Source: Gammaproteobacteria bacterium
Lineage (GTDB): Bacteria > Pseudomonadota > Gammaproteobacteria > G965277405
Direction: 5' to 3'
Assembly: GCA_965277405.1 (NCBI GenBank)
Contig: OZ255726.1
Span: 928,001-992,000, forward strand
DNA: 64,000 bases
This document shows positions 58,557-64,000 of this stretch, piece after piece. The position numbers were made by a program, and so were the translations under genes. Below the pieces are notes generated by a model that did not search any database, was not told where the DNA came from, and was given only the letters and a program-made list of their open reading frames with translations. Numbering within the stretch: position 1 is the first letter of the stretch; each line of letters starts with the position of its first letter.

Positions 58557-59918
58557 ATGTTTTCCTCCCTGAGTGAAAAGCTTAATCAAACCTTAAAAAT
58601 TATTGGACGTAGCGCCAAACTGAGCGAAAATAACATTCAGTCGGGTCTCCGTGAAATACGCATAGCATTGCTTGAGGCTGATGTTGCGTTACCAGTTGTA
58701 AAAAAGTTTATTGATGAAGTAAAACACGATGCGCTCGGCAGCGTCGTTGGGAATAAGCTCAACCCCGGGCAGGCGTTTGTAAAAATATTCCACTCCCGTC
58801 TCACTGAAATTCTTGGCAGCGCCAATGTTCCGTTGAATAGCAGCAGCAAAAAACCAATGGTTATTTTATTGGCAGGTTTACAAGGTGCTGGAAAAACCAC
58901 AACAGCAGCCAAACTCGCAATCACCTTCCTGCAACAACGCAAAGATGTACTCATGGTGAGCACCGACGTCTATCGTCCAGCAGCGATTGAACAATTACAA
59001 ACACTTGCCACCCAACATGGCATTGGCTGGATTGCCAGTAGCGCCGAGCAAACGCCGCAGAATATTGCAAAGTATGCTATTGACTATGCCCAACGAACTG
59101 TAGCAGACGTGCTGATTATTGATACCGCTGGTCGCTCACATCTTGATGCTCCTTTAATGGATGAACTGCGCCAACTTGCAGAAATTGTTGACCCCGTAGA
59201 AACATTATTTGTTATCGACGCAATGGCCGGTCAAAGCGCAGTAGCGACTGCCAAAACATTTAATGATACTGTTGATATTACTGGAATCATTCTTACCAAG
59301 GCTGACAGCGACACCCGTGGCGGCGCTGCATTATCTGTGCGTTCTGTGACAGGAAAACCCATCAAATACCTTGGTGTTGGCGAAAACATAGATGCTCTTG
59401 AAGCGTTCCACCCCGAGCGGATGGCATCCAGAATTCTTGGCATGGGGGACATGTTGAGTTTCATCGAAGAAGCCCAACGCAGCGCCGATTCTGCGGCAAC
59501 AGCAAAACTACAGCATAAACTAAAAACAGGAAAACCATTTAACCTTGCCGATTTTAAAAACCAACTGCAACAAATGCAAAACATGGGTGGGATCGATTCC
59601 ATGATCGGAAAAATTCCAGGGATGGGCGGTATGGCTGCGCTGGCACAGTCACAAATGGGAGATGCGCAAACAAACAAATTTATTGCGTTAATCAATTCAA
59701 TGACGCCGCGTGAGCGGATACGCCCTGATGTAATTAACCCGTCCCGCAAGCGCCGCATCACTATAGGTTCTGGTTTAAATGTTGTAGAGATCAACAAACT
59801 ATTGAAACAATTTAAGCAAATGCAAAAAATGATGCGCAAATCTGCAAGCAAAGGCGGTATGCAGAAAATGATGCGCCAATTTCAGCAAATGAGTGGAAAC
59901 AATACCTTTATTTCATAA
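58557..59918 (+). CDS. ffh: Signal recognition particle protein
   Basis: GLQGAGKTT, DVYRPAA, DTAGR, RILGMGD, Met-rich M domain. Confidence 0.98.
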   Translation: MFSSLSEKLNQTLKIIGRSAKLSENNIQSGLREIRIALLEADVALPVVKKFIDEVKHDALGSVVGNKLNPGQAFVKIFHSRLTEILGSANVPLNSSSKKPMVILLAGLQGAGKTTTAAKLAITFLQQRKDVLMVSTDVYRPAAIEQLQTLATQHGIGWIASSAEQTPQNIAKYAIDYAQRTVADVLIIDTAGRSHLDAPLMDELRQLAEIVDPVETLFVIDAMAGQSAVATAKTFNDTVDITGIILTKADSDTRGGAALSVRSVTGKPIKYLGVGENIDALEAFHPERMASRILGMGDMLSFIEEAQRSADSAATAKLQHKLKTGKPFNLADFKNQLQQMQNMGGIDSMIGKIPGMGGMAALAQSQMGDAQTNKFIALINSMTPRERIRPDVINPSRKRRITIGSGLNVVEINKLLKQFKQMQKMMRKSASKGGMQKMMRQFQQMSGNNTFIS

Positions 59919-59937
59919 TGCGTTTACAGCTAATTTA

Positions 59938-60627
59938 ATGATGCATGCATTTGTCTTACACACTTTACGTTTTCGCGAGACCAGTGCCATCATTCGCATG
60001 TTTAGTGCGCAGGAAGGGCTGGTTTCAACAATCAAAAAAGGAGCGTATCGCAGTACAAAAACTCCAGTACCAACAACATTTCAGCAATACGATATTGCAT
60101 ATGTTGGTCGGGGCAACTTAAAAACACTAACCCGTTGCGAGGCAGCCACAAAGCCGTATTTGCTGCGTGGCCCATTGAGTGTGCATGGCCTGTATATCAA
60201 TGAACTGATGCTGCGCGTGCTACCAGAACATGATGCGCAACCATCCATTTGGCATGCATATTGTCAAACAATTGCAGCACTTGCGTGCGGTAGTGACCCC
60301 GCTATTTGCCTGCGTACATTCGAGTGGCAAGTCATTGCTGGTCTTGGCTATCAAATAGACTTTGCCCATGATAGCTATGGCCAGCCGATTGACCCTAATG
60401 GATACTATGTTTTAAACGACGATCACACGCTGACCCCAACACTACGAACCAACTACGCGCTGTCAGGAACAGTGTTGGCACAGCTCTTTGATAATAATTA
60501 TAGTAACCTAGACACTCAGCGCATTGCCTACAATCTCGCACAGCGTATTTTGCAACATATACTTGGTCGCCAGCTACGCTTTCATCATATTTTCAACTCA
60601 AAAAAACAATATGCTACTTGGGGTTAA
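59938..60627 (+). CDS. recO: DNA repair protein RecO
   Basis: AFVLH...RETSAI, GLYINELM, LRTFE; upstream of pdxJ. Confidence 0.88.
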   Translation: MMHAFVLHTLRFRETSAIIRMFSAQEGLVSTIKKGAYRSTKTPVPTTFQQYDIAYVGRGNLKTLTRCEAATKPYLLRGPLSVHGLYINELMLRVLPEHDAQPSIWHAYCQTIAALACGSDPAICLRTFEWQVIAGLGYQIDFAHDSYGQPIDPNGYYVLNDDHTLTPTLRTNYALSGTVLAQLFDNNYSNLDTQRIAYNLAQRILQHILGRQLRFHHIFNSKKQYATWG

Positions 60628-61318
60628 TGTCGACCATATCGCCACGATTCGGCAACAACGCTATACACCGTACCCGTCTCCGCTTAAATTAGCTTTACTT
60701 GCTGAACAAGCAGGCGCTGATTTAATCACCATGCATTTACGCGAGGATAGAAGACATATCCAAGAAATTGACGTGCGTGAATTTATGCAACACAAGCAAA
60801 CATTACTCAATCTTGAAATGGCTGCTACCAAAGAAATGCTCGATTTTGCTTGTAGCGTGCAACCAGAACATTGCTGTCTTGTCCCTGAAAAGCGCACTGA
60901 GCTTACTACTGAAGGTGGGCTTGATGTTGCCTGCAATTTGTCAGCCATCAGCGACGCTGTCAAACTCTTATCAGCCCAAGGCATTGAAGTTTCATTGTTT
61001 ATCGACCCATGCACAACGCAAATCGACGCCACGATTGCCTGCCATGCTCCAGTCGTTGAATTACATACAGGAACGTATGCGCAATATCCTAATGATCCAC
61101 AGCATATTCAGGCAATAATAGATGCCGCGCAATACGCCGTTAGCAACGGGCTTGTAGTTAATGCTGGTCATGGTTTGCATTATCACAATATGCAGCCAAT
61201 TTTAGCCATTGCTGCAATTCGTGAAGTAAATATTGGTCATGCAATTATTGCTCATGCACTTGCAGTGGGCATCCACAATGCTGTTATAGACATGCTAAAA
61301 ATACTGCGTAGTTCGTAA
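60611..61318 (+). CDS. pdxJ: Pyridoxine 5'-phosphate synthase
   Basis: LGVNVDHIATIRQ, HLREDRRHI, TTEGGLD, NAGHGL. Confidence 0.97.
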   Translation: MLLGVNVDHIATIRQQRYTPYPSPLKLALLAEQAGADLITMHLREDRRHIQEIDVREFMQHKQTLLNLEMAATKEMLDFACSVQPEHCCLVPEKRTELTTEGGLDVACNLSAISDAVKLLSAQGIEVSLFIDPCTTQIDATIACHAPVVELHTGTYAQYPNDPQHIQAIIDAAQYAVSNGLVVNAGHGLHYHNMQPILAIAAIREVNIGHAIIAHALAVGIHNAVIDMLKILRSS

Positions 61319-61394
61319 GCAAGAATATGGAAGAACTGGCTTTATAATGCTATTTTATCCGTATTGACATTACATTTAATAACTGGATAAAAAC

Positions 61395-62504
61395 ATGCGA
61401 ATAATAATTCTTAGCCTACTCACAAGCTTGGTGCTGCTGGTAGGCTGTAACTCAGATGAAGTTGAAAGCCAACAAGCAGCAGCTACGCCTGCTGCGCCTG
61501 CAACAATTGAATGGAAAATGGTCACCACTTGGCCAAAAAACTTCCCAGGACTTGGAACAAGCGCTCAACACCTTGCAGATACCATAACTGCAATGAGCGG
61601 CGGCAGGCTAAACATAAAATTATTTGCAGCTGGCGAACTCGTTGGTGCATTTGAAGTCTTTGACGCAGTATCGCAAGGCACCGCACAAATGGGGCACGGT
61701 GCGGCATATTACTGGAAGAATAAAGCGCCAGCAGCACAGTTTTTTACAGCCGTTCCGTTTGGCATGAATGCGCAGGAAATGAATGCATGGCTGTACCATG
61801 GTGGTGGGTTAGAGTTGTGGGAAAAAGTATACGACCGCTTCAATTTAATTAGCTTCCCAACTGGCAATACTGGCGTGCAAATGGGAGGTTGGTTTAAAAA
61901 AGAAATCAATTCTGTTGCCGATTTGAAAGTTCTTAAAATGCGCACTCCTGGCATGGGGGGCGAAATTCTCAAACGCTTAGGCGGCACCCCTGTCTCTTTA
62001 CCAGGTGGTGAAATTTTCACTAGTTTGCAAACAGGAACAATTGATGCAAGTGAATGGGTTGGTCCATTTAATGACTTTGCAATGGGGTTTTATAAAGTCG
62101 CACAATACTACTACTACCCAGGTTGGCAGGAACCAAATGCAGCGATGGAAGCCATGATCAACAAAGATGCTTTCAACGCGTTGCCTGCTGACTTGCAAGC
62201 TATTCTCAAAGGAGCAATTCAAGCAGAAAACATGGATATGTTGAGTGAATTCACCGCTAAAAATAACATATTCTTGGAAAAGCTGATAAATGAGCATAAA
62301 GTTGAATTACGTGAATTTCCAGCAGATATGATGCAGGCGCTCTACCAAGAAACACAGCTTTATTTAGACGAACAAGCAGCGAGCGACCCTGAGTTTAAAG
62401 AGGTGCTAACTGCATACCGCAAATTTCATGCTCGGGTAAGAAAATGGCATAATATCAGTGAATCGGCGTACGACAAAACGCTGACTGCCGTACAAAACAA
62501 ATAA
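61395..62504 (+). CDS. TRAP substrate-binding lipoprotein (DctP/TakP-like)
   Basis: LLVGC lipobox, WKMVTTWPKNFPG, GNTGVQMGGWF, EWVGP. Confidence 0.9.
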   Translation: MRIIILSLLTSLVLLVGCNSDEVESQQAAATPAAPATIEWKMVTTWPKNFPGLGTSAQHLADTITAMSGGRLNIKLFAAGELVGAFEVFDAVSQGTAQMGHGAAYYWKNKAPAAQFFTAVPFGMNAQEMNAWLYHGGGLELWEKVYDRFNLISFPTGNTGVQMGGWFKKEINSVADLKVLKMRTPGMGGEILKRLGGTPVSLPGGEIFTSLQTGTIDASEWVGPFNDFAMGFYKVAQYYYYPGWQEPNAAMEAMINKDAFNALPADLQAILKGAIQAENMDMLSEFTAKNNIFLEKLINEHKVELREFPADMMQALYQETQLYLDEQAASDPEFKEVLTAYRKFHARVRKWHNISESAYDKTLTAVQNK

Positions 62505-62517
62505 TTCCTTTTCTTAT

Positions 62518-62735
62518 GGAAGCTCTGATTAATGCCATGATGGGCGTGACGGAGAAAAAACGAGGTTAGCGCATCGTTTTTATCTGTCCGTCTGTTCAAT
62601 ATACAACGGTTTGCGATACTTACTGTGTTGCATCCCTTGGCGTATATGCTATGGCATGCGCTCAGCGGTTTGCACCTTGCAATCATCTGCAATTGCAGGC
62701 AACCTCGCTCCGTGTGCGAGTTAATCAGACCTTCC
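62518..62735 (+). mobile_element. Internally deleted MITE copy
   Basis: TTAT-GGAAGCTCTGATTAA ... TTAATCAGACCTTCC-TTAT (perfect 4-bp duplication). Confidence 0.92.
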
Positions 62736-62756
62736 TTATATATACCACTATGATAC

Positions 62757-62787
62757 AAGCCGAGCTGTAACGCAGTTCGGCTTTTTT
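62757..62787 (+). terminator. Intrinsic terminator
   Basis: AAGCCGAGCTG-TAACG-CAGTTCGGCTT followed by a T-run. Confidence 0.75.
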
Positions 62788-62878
62788 GTTGTGGCTTTGG
62801 GTCTAACCAACAACAATCAATCCCGCGTATTGCCAGCTGCAATAACGCAGCAACATGTACTCTCTCTTTGCTTACACT

Positions 62879-64000
62879 ATGCACAATCATTTTCGCGTTT
62901 TCACTTCTGAATCAGTATCGAATGGTCATCCAGATAAAATGTGCGACCAGATTTCTGATGCCATCCTCGATGCGCTCCTCCAGCAAGACCCGCGTTCGCG
63001 CGGCGCTATCGAAACTCTAGCAAAAACCGGCATGATTCTTGTCGCTGGAGAAATTCGTAGCGCTGCCACCATTGAAATAGAACAGATTATCCGCAATACC
63101 ATCGCCAATATTGGCTACACCCATTCAGCACATGGTTTTGATGCAGCCACATGCGCGGTGATCAACGCGATTGGTCAGCAGTCGCGTGACGTTGCTCTTG
63201 GCGTAGACGAGAACTACGACACAAAAAAACTGCTTGGTGCTGGAGATCAAGGGCTGATGTTTGGCTTCGCCACCAATGAAACTGAGCAATATATGCCTGC
63301 GCCAATTTTTTATGCGCATGCATTAATGGCACAGCAAGCTAACATTCGTAAATCTAACCCAATGTTGTTACCTGATGCAAAAAGTCAATTGAGCTTTCGT
63401 TACGATGACGCGGGGAAACCGGTTGCAATCGATGCAATCGTCCTCTCTACCCAACATGTTGAGTCAGCGACACTTGCACAAATAACTGAACTCGTCCGCG
63501 AAGAAATCATCAAACCGGTGATACCAGCAAATTTTTTGCATGCCGACACAAAATACTACATTAACCCGACTGGTCGCTTTGTGATAGGCGGACCTATGGG
63601 TGATTGCGGGCTAACGGGTCGAAAAATAATCGTTGATACCTATGGCGGCTATGCGCGCCATGGCGGTGGTGCATTTTCAGGAAAGGATCCGTCTAAAGTG
63701 GACAGGTCTGCGGCATATGCCGCGCGCTATGTAGCCAAAAATATTGTCGCGGCGCAGGCAGCCAGTGCCTGTGAAATTCAGGTCTCGTATGCAATCGGCA
63801 TTGCCCAGCCGACTTCTCTGAGTATAGACACGTTTGCAACGGGGGTTGTCAGCGATGCCCGCCTAACCGAAATCGTCGAAAATATTTTTGACCTTAGCCC
63901 TGCTGGAATAATCGATATGCTGGCATTACGCGAGCAACTATACCAACCAACCGCAGCCTACGGACATTTTGGCAGACAACCTACGCATCAATCATTTTCT
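62879..64000 (+). CDS. metK: S-adenosylmethionine synthetase (runs off the right edge)
   Basis: Manual translation: [46 protein letters not shown]. Confidence 0.97.
   Translation, partial: MHNHFRVFTSESVSNGHPDKMCDQISDAILDALLQQDPRSRGAIETLAKTGMILVAGEIRSAATIEIEQIIRNTIANIGYTHSAHGFDAATCAVINAIGQQSRDVALGVDENYDTKKLLGAGDQGLMFGFATNETEQYMPAPIFYAHALMAQQANIRKSNPMLLPDAKSQLSFRYDDAGKPVAIDAIVLSTQHVESATLAQITELVREEIIKPVIPANFLHADTKYYINPTGRFVIGGPMGDCGLTGRKIIVDTYGGYARHGGGAFSGKDPSKVDRSAAYAARYVAKNIVAAQAASACEIQVSYAIGIAQPTSLSIDTFATGVVSDARLTEIVENIFDLSPAGIIDMLALREQLYQPTAAYGHFGRQPTHQSFS

Noticed and set aside
62788-62878. SAM riboswitch upstream of metK
   Set aside because: No SAM-I/II/V consensus recognisable by eye; an Infernal/Rfam scan would settle it.

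Overview
Chromosomal window from a divergent gammaproteobacterium, possibly host-associated. Housekeeping blocks with reshuffled gene order lie at 1-6.7 kb, 28-31.9 kb and 50-64 kb. An accessory metabolic region at about 7-27.4 kb holds three clusters: (i) a decaying aminotransferase / BacA-like remnant / DMT exporter / L-amino-acid ligase cluster; (ii) an amino-acid 2-monooxygenase + guanidinobutyrase + polyamine-type ABC + amidase cluster; (iii) a sugar-type ABC operon with an ADP-ribosylglycohydrolase-family gene. A left-truncated prophage (33.2-49.9 kb) combines a Mu-like head with a P2-like contractile tail. It abuts the 3' end of tRNA-Ser(GCT) and is cut off by a frameshifted IS5-family element. 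It carries a MuF-metallopeptidase toxin/immunity candidate, an identical 24-bp palindromic box before both late operons, and a 28 x 18-bp repeat in the tape measure gene. The most striking structure outside the gene annotation is a family of about ten ~280-bp hairpin-rich MITEs (ends GGAA(G/C)CTCTGATTAA, 4-bp YTAN target duplications) that land on start and stop codons. One old copy sits in frame and stop-free inside a signal peptide, one separates an RBS from its ATG, and one rewrites the ZnuA C-terminus. A relic of the likely autonomous IS5 partner is also present. All calls come from reading the sequence and recalled family motifs; no database searches were run.
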